From: Fimbriosthenelais zetlandica
Lineage: Eukaryota
DNA length: 64,000 nt
Assembly: GCA_977030845.1 (NCBI GenBank)
Contig: OZ365110.1
Location: forward strand, 17,236,001-17,300,000
Direction: 5' to 3'
Positions 28,551 through 41,270 of the stretch are shown here, piece after piece. The notes below the pieces were generated by a model. The model was not told the origin of the DNA. It saw only the letters and a list, made by a program, of their open reading frames with translations, and searched no databases. The position numbers were made by a program, and so were the translations under genes. The number at the start of each line of letters is the position of its first letter. Within the stretch, counting starts at the first letter, position 1.

Positions 28551-28679
28551 CTGGCAATCAAGGTCATTGACACCAAGAAGATCAAAGAAGACTATGTGCG
28601 ATCAAATCTGCACAGGGAGGCAAAAATTATGTCTCAGCTTCGACACCCCAATATTATACGCCTCTACGAGACGCTAAAG
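28551..28679 (+). CDS. Internal exon of a CAMK-group AMPK-related Ser/Thr kinase (HUNK/MARK-like), subdomains II-IV
   Basis: Pyrimidine tract plus TTGCAG acceptor ending at 28550. 43 open codons read LAIKVIDTKKIKEDYVRSNLHREAKIMSQLRHPNIIRLYETLK, with the AIK lysine, alpha-C Glu (HRE) and HPNII motif. Donor is AAG|GTATGT at 28680; phase 0 on both sides. The YVxxNLxRE signature resembles HUNK. Confidence 0.93.
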
Positions 28680-29384
28680 GTATGTTCTAACTAATAATTT
28701 CTTCTACTTTCAGGAGGTTATTTTGTGTGTGAAAACCATGTTGTTCCAATAACCTAATTTCTAACAGTCCAAGGTCATTGGCACCAATGTTCTATAAAGG
28801 TTCCATGGTATTTCAGTGTTTTTTAATGTCTCTGGTCATATAAATGGGGTTTTATTTCGACTATTTCGAATTATTTGAAATCCTGCTCTGGAGTCGAAGA
28901 CTCATGGTGTACATGTCATTTTGGTTGATTCAGTTGCTAGCAATGTATTGGATTGCCAGCAATATGTATGTGTTTCAGTTGTGAAAGATTCTTCAACAGA
29001 GTTTGGTTTCATTGGATTTACCTATCATCAACCAAAGGACTGTGTAGAATTGCTGTCACTTTGACCGAACGACCCACGCAGACACATTTGAAGGATAAAC
29101 AGACATTACCTAGCTGTTGGAGAATGTGTCAGTGACAGAGGTGTAAACCTCAATGACAGCAATGAAGAACAAGTGTGACACCAGAGCTCATTCATTGGAC
29201 TAACTGAAGTCCAGCTGGAATACACAACAAGACATGCTCAATCTGATGAGAAAAGATAAGTGATCAAACTCTAATGTTTCTTGAGGAATTGAAGGTACGT
29301 GTGTAAAAATATATAATGCCAAAATTATTATGACCAGAGACATTTGAACCATTTGTTTTCAGCAATGATAAGAATGACGACTGT

Positions 29385-29690
29385 TCATTGCCTAGAGTGA
29401 TCACATCGTCAATGTTAGAGTTTTATGACTTTGTAAGTGAACCACTTGGTTGGGAAGCAATTGCTGGCACCGAAAAGAAGCCATAATGTGTATTCCCACA
29501 CAGAAATGCCACGCGGTGTCTCCCTTTGAAAAGGTCGGTCTTCACTAAAGAAGCCCCAAATCTTTGGCTCAATCATTTCAACATTGGAGGTTGCAGTTCA
29601 GCAAGGAAGCAACCAATATGCTTCAGCATAAAGTACCTTAACCCTGACGGATCTACGTCCCTGAGGGATCGACTATAGAGGAGTATTTTG
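29385..29690 (-). mobile_element. Decayed reverse transcriptase of an Ngaro/DIRS-like retrotransposon
   Basis: Collinear minus-strand motifs: IVDPSG (29676-29659, cf. IVDLSxPxG), GASLVKTDL (29557-29531, cf. GALMAKTDI), GFFSVPAI (cf. GLRSAPxIF) and NIDDVITLG (cf. YLDDFI.LG). IVD-to-KTD spacing is about 44 codons, as expected; the later spacings are short. Confidence 0.5.
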
Positions 29691-32600
29691 TGTGAATGAT
29701 TAGGGGTGAAGGTGTTGGAGATATACTTCTCGATGGTCGTGCTGGTGCTGCATGGTCTCAGGCAGAGGACGAAGGGGGAAGATAGAGAAAGAGAGAAGGG
29801 GGGAAAGAGAGGGGCAGCACTAGAATCAGCTGCTGAATTGCCAGCGTTGGCAATTGTGAGTTGAGACCATCCCAGCCTCTGGTACCTCCTCCTCCTCCCC
29901 CCTCCTCCTCAGCTTCCACCTCCTCTGCCACCTCACCACTGCAGCCTCCAAGCTTGGAGGGTGGAGCCCTGCTCTAGCAAATCAATAGCCAAGCATTTCC
30001 GTCCCATAGGCACAGAGCTTATGCACTTGTGCATTGCTCCTTGACCCGATTATAACATACCTAATCTAATACGGATTAGAGCACAGATCCGTTCATTTCA
30101 AAAGTAAGATGCAGGCAGCCATACCTTGAGCTGTCCATACTATTTATGCATTATTTCATCGGCCCTTCAGTTGATTGTATTAAGAGATGGTTCAAGCCAT
30201 TTCATATGAAAACAGCTCCAACTTCAAAGAGCTCTTCAAGTATGGTGCTCATATATTCTTGATCACCCTCTCTACTGAATTGGATTAAACTGATTGGCAT
30301 GCACCATTCTACTGTGTCTATGGCCATTTATATGTCAGTAATCCGTATTGAAAATTTGAAAATACAAAATTCAGCAGAAATATAAATGGATCTTTAATAT
30401 GTAAAATCCCCGATGATTATAATTACATTATGCAATCAGTCGTAAGGACCTTTGCCAGAAACTATCCATTCACCATAGGGCAGTGTATGACAATTAGCCT
30501 AGTGCCTGCAACAGCAGGAAAGTAAATAACAGCTGTTGATGATAAACAGTCCTGAGGTCTCTTCCCCTTGCTCCAGCTCTTCCTGCTCCTTCCCATTCTT
30601 CCTCCTGTGTGTGAAGGAGGTGGGAGGGGACTGACAGGAGGAGGTCTATATAGTGTTATGAATGGTCATGTTCACCACAACACCTCCTGCCTACTGATCA
30701 TACTTCCCTTCTCTCCTACTCACACATCTCCTTTACTCAGACCTACTCCTATCAACCCTCCCTTCCTTGCATGTGAAAATCTCTATATGGATACAATGCA
30801 ACGGCTTGGGCTTGTGTCAAGGTTTGGGTCCCTATCCTTGACAGCCATATCTGGAGAACATCCCAACCAATAGACCAATTCCTTTGAAATGGCCATGCAT
30901 ATATGCACAATTTCACTCAATAGAAACAACGAGTATTCTATACTATTGTCAGAACATAAATAAGCATCTTCAAATATCTTCTCTCAAGAGAATATACACA
31001 CATATGCACCATAGTTGCTCGTATGGTTTGACTGAATTCAAGTCGGATTAAAAAAGGTTAGGCGAATGTGAAAGGCTCAAATGAAAGTTTTAAGAATTTT
31101 TTCCCTCACCAAATGCAGTGGTTTGCCTGTTAATTAGGCGGGCTGTGAGAAAGTCGGTGTATGGAGACACGTGCCGAGAGGGAAGACACTTGGTAATAGA
31201 GGAGTTAAAAAGACCTACTCGCTCCAAACAAAGGTTAATTCGGGACCAAGCTGAAAAAGCGGGACTTTAAAAGTCACTACGTGAACTCAGAGCTGCCTGC
31301 ACTCCCTTTTCTTTGACTTTATTAGTCCCACTTTCTTCATTGGCATAACTCAGTATATGAACCTCTTGCCTTTGAAGTTCAACTCGGAATTAAGAATACA
31401 ATGAAAAAGCAGCTGCTTGGGTGTGGATGGTGAGAGAGCCCGGTGAGAATGAGAGGATGTGTTGAGGCTATATGCCTTGTCTATGTACATGTATTGTTGA
31501 TGGCTGGCAAATGAAATGAATTGAGATTCTATCATGATCAGAATACAAGCCAAATGCTGATTACTGATTAAGATTACTGAGTGGGTATTCCCACCCCTGA
31601 CCCTCTCTATATCCTCCCTCTTATTTATTTCTGTTCCTCCTCGATCAGCTACTGTCTTGCTCCTCTCCCTATGCTCTTTTCTAATCATACCAAATCTCTA
31701 CTAATCCTCAGGGGGCTAACATTGTGTTCTTCCCTCCAGTATACTTGCTATTGACTATAGGTAATAACTTTATCATCAAATCAGTGCATAAATTCCCACT
31801 TTGACCACCAACGCACTCAATTCATGATGCCAGATGTTTCGGGCCGTGTCCCTCCTCTCAAATCCGGAATTTCCCCATTAAATTAATGTCGTGATTCTCA
31901 GTAAAAGAAGAGGGAAATGATACTTTCCAAAAATGCTTGCGACATCTGATTAGTATACGGTGAATTTGGCCAAACTCCATACCTGTTAACTTCAATCCGA
32001 GCCAAACAGGAAATACCAGAGTCCTACTTTACCGACAGTCGGACTTCTGTCTCTAAAGCAAGCCACAAATATGACTGAGAAGAATATCTCGTCTTGTAAG
32101 CAGGCAATTTATGATTAGTTATGGCATACAGATATAAATGATCCAGAAAGAAACCTTACATATATATGTGTACAGATCTCATTCCGTTACTGTGGATACA
32201 TATGAAAATATTAGGAAAAAGCAACATAAAAGTAAATCTATTGGTTATATAATGCATGTGAGATGGGTACGTAGTTGTAGGAAACATGGATTTACTTTTC
32301 AATTTGAATATCTCCCCTGCACCAGGCGACCCTGTATCTGTCATATGACTAAAGAAGAGTAGAAGTAATTTCTCAGTTTACTCGTCAAGTCTGTCCGGTA
32401 GGCATGGATATTTGGTTGAGTGATTTCGGAAAGACAGCCTGTCAGCCACTGGCCATGCTACTGTAGATTCCCCATACAGATAATACCCAACCTCCGCTTC
32501 TCCTCCTCCATCCCGTGTACCCCTAATGCCCCCTTTCCTCTCTTGGATCCTGAAAAGGAAACATGCATTATTTGTTTTGCTTCCTTCAACCACCTCTGTT

Positions 32601-33029
32601 ATTTGAAAGCCCATCTATTTTAAAATGCATTTCCGAGTCTTAATTTGTAAAAATAAACACGGAATGAAAAACTTTGCAATAATTACCAACAGGACAGGGC
32701 TTTCCCCATAAAGGATTATGAATACACCTATTCATCCCTGACAGAAGTCGAACAAAAATTCCCATTATTAACTTTTGACGAAAAAAAAATCAAACAGCGG
32801 ATCTTTCCCCATCCCGGCCAGGTACCTGGGGACTGGTGGGACTCTGTCATAATTCCCATCTGAGTCCAAGTTGCAGTGTTTGATAGCTCTAGCTTGGCAA
32901 GGATGTGTTTCCTCCCCCGGGGCAGGAGGAAGGACCTACACCACCACTCTCACCGCTTCCCGACCACATACATACATCTTCACTCGTCATTTTCAATAAA
33001 AATCAAACAGAGGGCCTCTTGGAAATGGA

Positions 33030-33170
33030 AATTTCTTCCGCTCTTCGTCAAAGGTTTGACATTTTTGGGCATATTCCCACAGATGCATCTGCTATACACA
33101 TCCAAAGTTTCCTAATCAATCCAGGGAATTTTCCCTATGCATCTGTACGTATATGCATCTCGGATTCTGA
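33030..33170 (+). mobile_element. Possible decayed N-terminal part of a DIRS-type tyrosine recombinase
   Basis: PTDASAIHIQSFLI..GNFPYASVRICIS resembles PASxxxVxxFIxxLxxxGxSYSTIRxYLS; by-eye match only. Confidence 0.2.
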
Positions 33171-36100
33171 AACTGGCCCCTGATCAAAGCATAAATAATA
33201 GAAAAAACTTTTCCTTATGTACGCTTACTTCTGAAAGGATTTATGATCTATGAAGAGAACCCGCAGAAAATGAAAGGTGCGAGATCCTACAGAGTGATCA
33301 TTAACAGGCATATCTGACAGGTTGACAAGTAGATTTGCTGGTTGGTTGAGTTATGTGCCACCACCACAAGCTTGAAGCCTTATCTTTTATCCTTATCTTG
33401 TCAACCTCTCTTTCCTTCTCTCTCACTATCTCTCCCTCTTTCTCTCCTGGATCCGTGTTGCTAAATGTCAACTCCCCTCGATCACCACATCCTGTGAGAA
33501 ATTGGCCTTTCGTCTTCATCTCCACCACCACACGCCTCAGGTGTTAAAACTCCACAAGCCAAGCCAGACGCTTTATTGATTTTAATTTATGGTATATATT
33601 GGTGCTGTCCTAGTGTGAAGGATGAAGACTTGGGAAATGACAGAATAGAGATTCGAGTTTACAGTGGAATGAATAGATGCCAAATTATATGGTTAGTACC
33701 ACGTCTGACTCGGTTGATAGAATATAAAAGGAATGATTCTTTATGGCTACATCTAGGCCTATGATATATGGAAAAAACGTAGACAAGTAATTATAATTGA
33801 ACACCAAATATCAACCGATGTCAGACTATCAATAGAATGTATATACCATAGAATAAATCTTTTTATCAAAATGTGAGGGCCGAGGTAAAAACATGATGTT
33901 GATGCCATCTGATATGTCATAGTGCCAATTGATGGACATGTGGTCTGAGAGTGAATACCAGCGCATGATAAAAATACATCTATTATATCGAGTCTCATCT
34001 TTAGATTTTGGATTTATGTGTGTTTGTCTCCGTAGAGAATCTTGCGGCTGGCAGGCGATCAGACAGTTGACCACTGGCTAGTGCCAAAGCCAGCCACCCA
34101 GGTGTATCTGAGTGACCACAAGCTACCAAACCAGGTGGTTGTTGACCAGCTTAATGTTCTCCTTCTGCCAGGATGTGTTCCACACAGACATCTGATAATA
34201 TATTATAGTCTATATCACATATGTCATAACTCCTGTGTCAAAAGTTTCCCATTAGATCTATATTAGTCATATGGGTGTACAGGGAATTTGACCTGATCCG
34301 GCCAATGGTCTAATAGATCATTGCAATTTACAGTAGGGTAGAAAGCCCCAAAAGTGCAATACAAGACCATGGTTTATTCAGGAAAGATTTAATTCAATTT
34401 CCTTGCTTTCAACTTCTCTTAACACTTCAAAATCACTGTTGGTGGATACCTCCTCGGGCCATACATTTTTTTGCTGCGACCACATTTTGGCTAAGCTACA
34501 GTTGAAAGCATTAAATCTTTGTGGAATATATCTATAATTCATGAAGTCCCAGTGAAATGAAATATACCTGAAACGAGATCCATGTATATGCTTTATTACA
34601 CAGCCACCTGGACAATGCTCAGTCACAATGCATCGCTGACAAAACTGATGCATTATACATTGGGGATAGATCCGACTTTTGTCCGCTTTTGCACAGGGGA
34701 AATGTTCAGTATATAAAACTGTATTAGTAAGGGTGTGCCTGGCTGCTGCAACACCAACACAGAAACCCATTGAAAACGTCGGTTTCAGTATGCCATCCCA
34801 TCATAGGAACTGGCCCTTGAGCCATTTGTGTGAACACTTCATGAAAAAGTCTGCGAAACGAGCGTGAACATTGATTTAAAGCGGCGTAGATTTTCACAAA
34901 TTAATACCAAACATCAGCTTGCCTTGTGCGGGCTATCTAGCAGACAGGGCGTAGTCCAGATTGTAAATCCATTCTCCTCTTCCTGCCCCATTGTGGTCGG
35001 CGGGTAATGCAGTGGGATAGGGGATGGCAGGCGATGCTTCAGCCGCACAATTGCTGTGCACAGAAGGGTGGGAGCTGAAATGTATCACTCCCTGCTGTGG
35101 TACAACCACCTGAGCTGGGCTCGATGGCATGGTCTACCATTCCTTTATATTCATTGGGAGGCCATTAATAATTGGACAGGTGATTAAAAGCATGGATTTA
35201 CATGCATCTCTCTTGTATATATTGAAATCCACCAAATAATATAATATGTCTATCTTGATATGAAACAGGGATTTGCATTGCATCAAGTTTTAGGGTGAGT
35301 TTCAATTTATCCTTCAATGGGACCATTAGGGCTATTGTATTTTGGAGTCTGTCTCATATGAAATGTAAGACCCATTAGCCCATAGCATTACACCCTTAGA
35401 TAATGCATCAAATCTTTGATATGGTCTCTGAACTATATCAGCGAGGCACAAGCAGAAACATGGTATAGAAGGACAGATAAAAGAGCCAGTATTATGACCC
35501 AGGAGGGTTGTCAGCAATCAGAGTTCACATAGTAACACACAGCCCTAGGCCTGGCCCTGGAATAATAATTGTACTCATTTATTAATTGGTGATATTTATC
35601 ACAGAAGGGACCTAATCATAACATTGCGTGCTGTCCCTGGGCCTCCTGGCCTACATCTGAGTGATCATGACATTGGATCATGCCCTTTGACATCGATTGG
35701 ATCCCCACTACCTTGCTCAGTGGAGGTTCGCTCTACATTCTGCCCACAGTCCCATGTATATATCCCTACATACATGCGTGTATAGTATACATACACATGC
35801 TTGAGACTAATAGGAACATTTTTGATTTGCTTTAAAAGTATAAAATATATCTAACATAATTTTATGTTAGATATGTAAGGAGTGGTTTGTGATGCCATTG
35901 TATCAGTGGCTTATAAGGGGATGAAATATATTGTATATACATTTATATAAGCATGAGAGATGTAGCAGGGTAGCATTAGAATAGGTCGAGGGTTAGGACA
36001 TGATCAGCTTGTTTTGTTATGTCTGCAGCTATAGATGTAGGCCAGCCATGGCTTGTCTTACCATTATAAATCACCCACCAAGCATGAGAGCCATTAATTA

Positions 36101-36759
36101 TGTTAATCTAATCATTGTTTGACCTTGCTCTCGACGGGGGCAAGCGTGTGCAGCCATAAAAAAGGTCCCTGCTTTGGCCTTGGGTGATTTATGAATACAT
36201 ATCACCTGTGGTAATTGATGCTCCATTAATTCAGAGGTCTCAAGCCTTGGAACTATGATAAATATATATCTCGTCAGGTTCACCGACCGTGTCCTTAAAG
36301 GTAACTGATCATGAGTACAATTGGTGGAACGTCATCTGTATTCTCCTATTAGAGAATACAGAGACGTCTTCGACAGCACGGGAACCATTTTTCATTCAAT
36401 GATATGTTTCAGCATCTAATTGGGATGGACCCATTCCTTTCTGAATAGATTATAGTAATCTGCAGGTTTCAAAACCCTTGTCTGTATAAGATAGGTTTTA
36501 TAAAGTAACTCTTTAAATGCAAGACTGCAATGGATGGAATACTGCACCTTACATCCCAGTGTATTGGGTCAGTGCCTAGCAGTAAAGTTATTGCTTTCAA
36601 GAGAAAAATGGGAAAAATGATATAATATATGGATATTTTATTTAAGATTGAAGTGCTGTCATTGGTGTGGGGTTCTGTTTATTACATGACTAAGGAGGGA
36701 GACTGTTGTAAGGAGGAATGTTTAGACCATGTTAACCTGTTAGGAACTAGCCATAGGCT

Positions 36760-36885
36760 CTGACCTATAGACCTAATCAGATTACTCAACTCCCTTCTGT
36801 TACCTTCCCCTTGTTCCTCAAGTCCTGAGATCTTGTTAAACATGTCACTGATAGTTGTTGGAATGAGCCCTATAGATTTAAGGAC
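36760..36885 (-). mobile_element. Decayed LINE reverse transcriptase fragment
   Basis: Minus strand reads SIGLIPTTISDMFNKISGLEEQGEGNRRELSNL, resembling RPISLLPTISKxFEKIxxxRLxxxxExNxxLSxxQ of non-LTR RTs. Confidence 0.4.
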
Positions 36886-39606
36886 CATTTACCCTGTAAA
36901 GCCTTGCACGGATATTTTATTGTGCATCCCTGGCAGGCGTAGACTCCCATAGATTCCCATGCATCACTTGCATCGCTTGTGTGTTTATTTGGGTGAATAG
37001 GCTAATTATCGATAAATATGTATTCTCAAAATTTATTCATAATACAAATGTCTTCATGTGCTATCATTTTATAGAGATTTCAAATGGAATCATCTTTTCT
37101 GTACATGATGCATCTGGTTTAACAGTGACCTATGTGGACCTAAACACGCAAAATAGACACAAATGTTTATGTGAAATCAATGTCTGAACAATTACAAGGA
37201 AATATCCTAACCTGGCAATGTATAGGAAACGAGGAGGTTCATTCAAATCTAATGATGATGATTCCTAGTAATGTCCCCCAGACCTGTCATGAGAGGTATA
37301 GGCTATGCTGACAGTATAGCACGAGTTAAGTACAGGGATTGGTCAGTATACTCTATATTATGACGTGAGCCTGTGTACTTTTCACCTTATCAGTAATATA
37401 TACCTGGCCCCTGGTTATGTACTGGGAACTCCTGGTTGAACCAGGTGGTGTCTTTTTCACCTGGGAGACCCCACCTCATGCACCTTCACCTCCACCTCGT
37501 CATCATCCACCTACTCCTCCATGGTGTGTTATTATTTTGTTGGACTCAGTTCATGATTCGGGTGAAGCAGTGACCGGTACGAGGACCCCGCGAGCTGGCT
37601 CGTTTCTCTAAAATTAAAAAAAATCTTATATAATGTTGGAGGTTAAAGGTCAGTGGATGGATGGCCAGGGGTGCTGCATTGAAGGGCAGTTGATAAAAAG
37701 CATAGTAAATTCTCACGATGGCTGCATTTTCACGAATGGACTTTGGGTTTTTTTCATATGAAAAAATATGCACCTGCATCAAAACAATGTAGGCCTACAT
37801 AGGGTTTTTGTGAAAAAAAGTTTTAGAAAGTTACACAAAAGATCAGATATATAAATATATATTTGATATACATTGTTTTTGGTTAATTCTGGTTAAGATT
37901 GTATGTGTAACGGTCCATTCACAGATATAAATATGCTTTTGTGGGTAAATTCCCAAATTAAAAAAACATTTTATAGAATGAGCATGAAACAGTCCGTCAG
38001 ACAGTTCTGTGTATTGGTCATCATGACGTCTATTTGTACCTGTTAGTGACCTGACTGGCCACTAGCTATGTATGACACCTTTATGGGCTAACTCCTCAAG
38101 CGGTCAGCTGAGATACTGGTCATCTCCCTGTACGTAATAATACAACTTGCAATACATGATGTGTGCAATAATTAACACACAAAAAAAACAGTCCATAAAG
38201 TATCGGGTATGATGCTCAATACTTGGAACAGACAAGTTATCTTTTTCCAAACTGAAGTGATCATGAGGCAGGCAATATTTTAACTCATGACAAATCCAGT
38301 TTGACGTACATAAGCAGGCAAAAACACAGCCCAGCCAGCCAGAGGCTCGTGTCACAATCCAGCCAGGGACAAGGGGCGTAGAGAATGACCAGACCCTCTT
38401 ACATTACCCCTTTTTATTGGGAATATTTAGATTTTTTTAATGGGCTTGATTAAAAGACAGGCCTGGCTTGGGGGCACTCGAGGGCTTCTCGGGGGGCTAT
38501 AGTTGACAAGCAGACAAGGGGCGAGCGCGCGTGCCTGGCACGAGCACAACAAACACTTGTAGACAGAAGCGTGTCACATTAAGATAAACCTCAATAGATC
38601 ACTTCAAATCCAGTCTTTGTCCTCCGTGTTTAGACTGGCCTTACGTAAATCAGACCACTGTAAATTGCTCCCCCTGCTTCAAGCTGTCTCTTCCTTTGGT
38701 TTACAAATACCAGTGATCTATACGCATAAGCAGTGCATATCACTGTAAAAAATGCCAGTTGCTTCGACCCCCTGCACTGACTGCGTTGATGTAGTCGGAA
38801 CAGATGTGGCTGAATTAGACATATTAAACGTGGCCACCCGCTTGTTCGGAGATGACCTTAAAGGCACTGGAAGTTTACATTTCCGGGCCCTTACAAGGTG
38901 CCCTTTATACTCTGTGCCCGGAACTTTGAGTTAAATAAACTCTTGAAGCTGTGTACTTTAAAGTATATTAGTCTGCACCCAGAGTATAATAGCATTGGAT
39001 TGTCTTGTGATATCTCTTTTTGGCTTGAAATATTCAAATCGAACCTTCACGATGAAGTAGCCTTTGCAATTTTTCTGAAATTAGACAATTCCAAAGTGTT
39101 TCATCCAAGACTGTAGCCCTTGCTCCATTGAAGGTGTCATTGGCAATGGATGGAAGACAGGGATGTTGTGTGTTACCCTAGCAGACCAAACCATTGTCAG
39201 TCTGAGCATAAACCCAGGCTTGCCACTTGAGGGTGGACTCTGAGCAGATACTAACCACAATTACTTGGCAGACGCGTGCCAGGGAGAAGCTGAGGGAGGC
39301 AGCAGTTGGGAGCAGATCACGGCCAGGGTCAAGCATGTCCTGAGAGAGAAGTAGCAGGGGGAGAATTATGTGACAAGGCTCTCTCCATATATCACCCACG
39401 AGTTGAACCCTTCGTCCAAGAACCAATTGAGCATCTCATCTCTCAATGCGCTCATACATGCATGTACAATGAGTGAGTTTCTGGATCTCCATGTTGTTGG
39501 GTTTTGGACTTATTGCATGGATGCATTGGGAGATGAAAAGGACGAGGCAAATAGCTGGAGAAAGCTTGTACGTGTAGGCCCTATATGTGTCTTGCTGGTC
39601 TGATCA

Positions 39607-39621
39607 GGGGGGGGGGGGGGG
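39607..39621. repeat. G15 homopolymer
   Basis: Direct count. Confidence 0.95.
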
Positions 39622-41084
39622 TATACGAGAACAGAAGGGGAGAAGAGAGGAAATGTTCGAAGCTGACTCGAGCAAGGATAGCATACTATGGGCTGACAAA
39701 TCTGGTAATTACTATTCAAATATATTCCATATGGAAGGTTAGATTTGCAGTTAAATTCTTGGCAATGGGATCTCAGAATAGCATTCAAAAACCTACTCTT
39801 ATACATGGACTTCATGAAATACCAGGACATTTCATGAAGAAATTGTCTACCCCTCCCTGTACCACCCTACACCCCAGCTTTCCATATTCCCCCTCTAGCT
39901 TGGAATCAGACGTATAAAAGAGCAAAGGCTCCATGTCAGATTCTACCACTGATGACTCATCATCTTTTACTATAGTAGAGAGGAGAGGACTTTTCTCGCC
40001 ATCACTTCTCCCCCAGAATCCCTCGACGGATGATCTGGGATTTGATGTAAAGACCTCAGGAGGCTAACAGTTCCGATACCACTTCCTGCGGGGGTCAAAG
40101 CCAAGCCAATGGCGGAGACTGATTACTTCCAAAAGGCAAATCTTCTGGCGATTAGAGAAAAAGGCAAATCTTCTGGAAATAAACCCCCTGAGCTAATCAC
40201 GTCAAATCACCGAGAAATCACTGTGATTAACTTCCTTTTTATGCTTCCAAATATGAAAGAAGCTTCATAAAAGACAAGCAGACCAATAAATAGCACTGTT
40301 CATGAGACTTTCTCATGTCTCCATCTCGTATCCCATTCATTCAGCTGCACTTTTGAGGTGAAACCTTTGGGGTGATATTTTAAAAGGAACTTCTGGAAGG
40401 AAAATATTTAGCTCTTTTTCATTATTTTTTTCTGCATGGAATCTGAGCGATGTTGTGGTGTATGTGTTGGGGTGTGTTTAGACGGCCGTGTGTAGTGTGT
40501 ATGTAACATGGGATCTATGACCATAGACTGGTTAGACCCAGGTATCATCTCTACCGGGAAAAGAGCCTTTTGTTTATTGCCAAGGCTCGGTGGGGAGCTA
40601 TATTCTTCCCAGTATGGTCAACATCCTATACGCTTGTTTCTCAGTGGTGTCTACTAAACAAAACGCCCCCATACAACAAGTAAGGATAAAACTATTAGAA
40701 AAGAAGTCAACATAATAAAGCAGGAACTGTTTCATGATTTTTTTTACCATTTAACCCTTTAAAGTTGGCCTGTATATGGTTTTCAATTTTCGGAAGGTTT
40801 TGGTTGTTCCTGTGCTTTGCTTTAAATCCTCTAAAGCAAGTGTCTCGGATAGTGAAAAGCTCATGTATCTGTCTTGAAACCTGACAAGAAACAACTTGAT
40901 ATCCTTGATGCATTGAGACATATCTTTGAATCTCACCAAGTACTGAGTTTGGAACGACAATTGCAAATAATTGTTCCAAAATGGAATATATTGGAAAAGT
41001 TTAAATGGAAATGGAAATCTTTGAGTTTGTGGATGAAATCTGATGTTGGGTGGGGGTATACATTGGTAGTATATGTTATAACAT

Positions 41085-41270
41085 TGACGGGAAGTGAACC
41101 AGCACGCGCAGCGGGCGGTGCACACATTCATGACGACGCACGCGCCTCATCGTGTCACCCTATAGCCCGCGTCACACCGACGTCACGCTGATGTCACCGC
41201 GCGTTCGTGCTCGGGTCATGAGGGCTGACCCCGCCCGGGTCACCCATACATACAGAGATCTCGTCAAAAG
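41085..41270 (+). promoter_or_regulatory. CpG-rich promoter/enhancer-like island with CRE half-sites, ETS-like and GC boxes
   Basis: About 20 CpG in about 160 bp against a CpG-poor background. TGACG/CGTCA at 41085, 41131, 41170, 41181 and 41262; CGGGAAGT at 41088; GGGCGG at 41113; CCGCCC at 41231; CACGCGCA at 41103. Confidence 0.5.

Noticed and set aside
33931-33986. IIDVFLS and LSDH as LINE endonuclease motifs (similarly weak RT-like words at 31374-31431, about 35400-35425 and about 46430-46490)
   Set aside because: Short isolated matches with wrong or untestable spacing; plausible but unsupported without a profile search.
34378-34770. 130-aa minus-strand ORF
   Set aside because: No recognisable motif, non-ATG start and no convincing exon boundaries.
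40874-41191. 105-aa plus-strand ORF running into the CpG island
   Set aside because: Non-ATG start. It joins AT-rich repeat-like DNA to the island, and there is no domain.
41251-41270. YRDLVK (and HRDVD at 56573) as possible catalytic-loop exons
   Set aside because: They do not match HRDLKxEN and have no kinase context.
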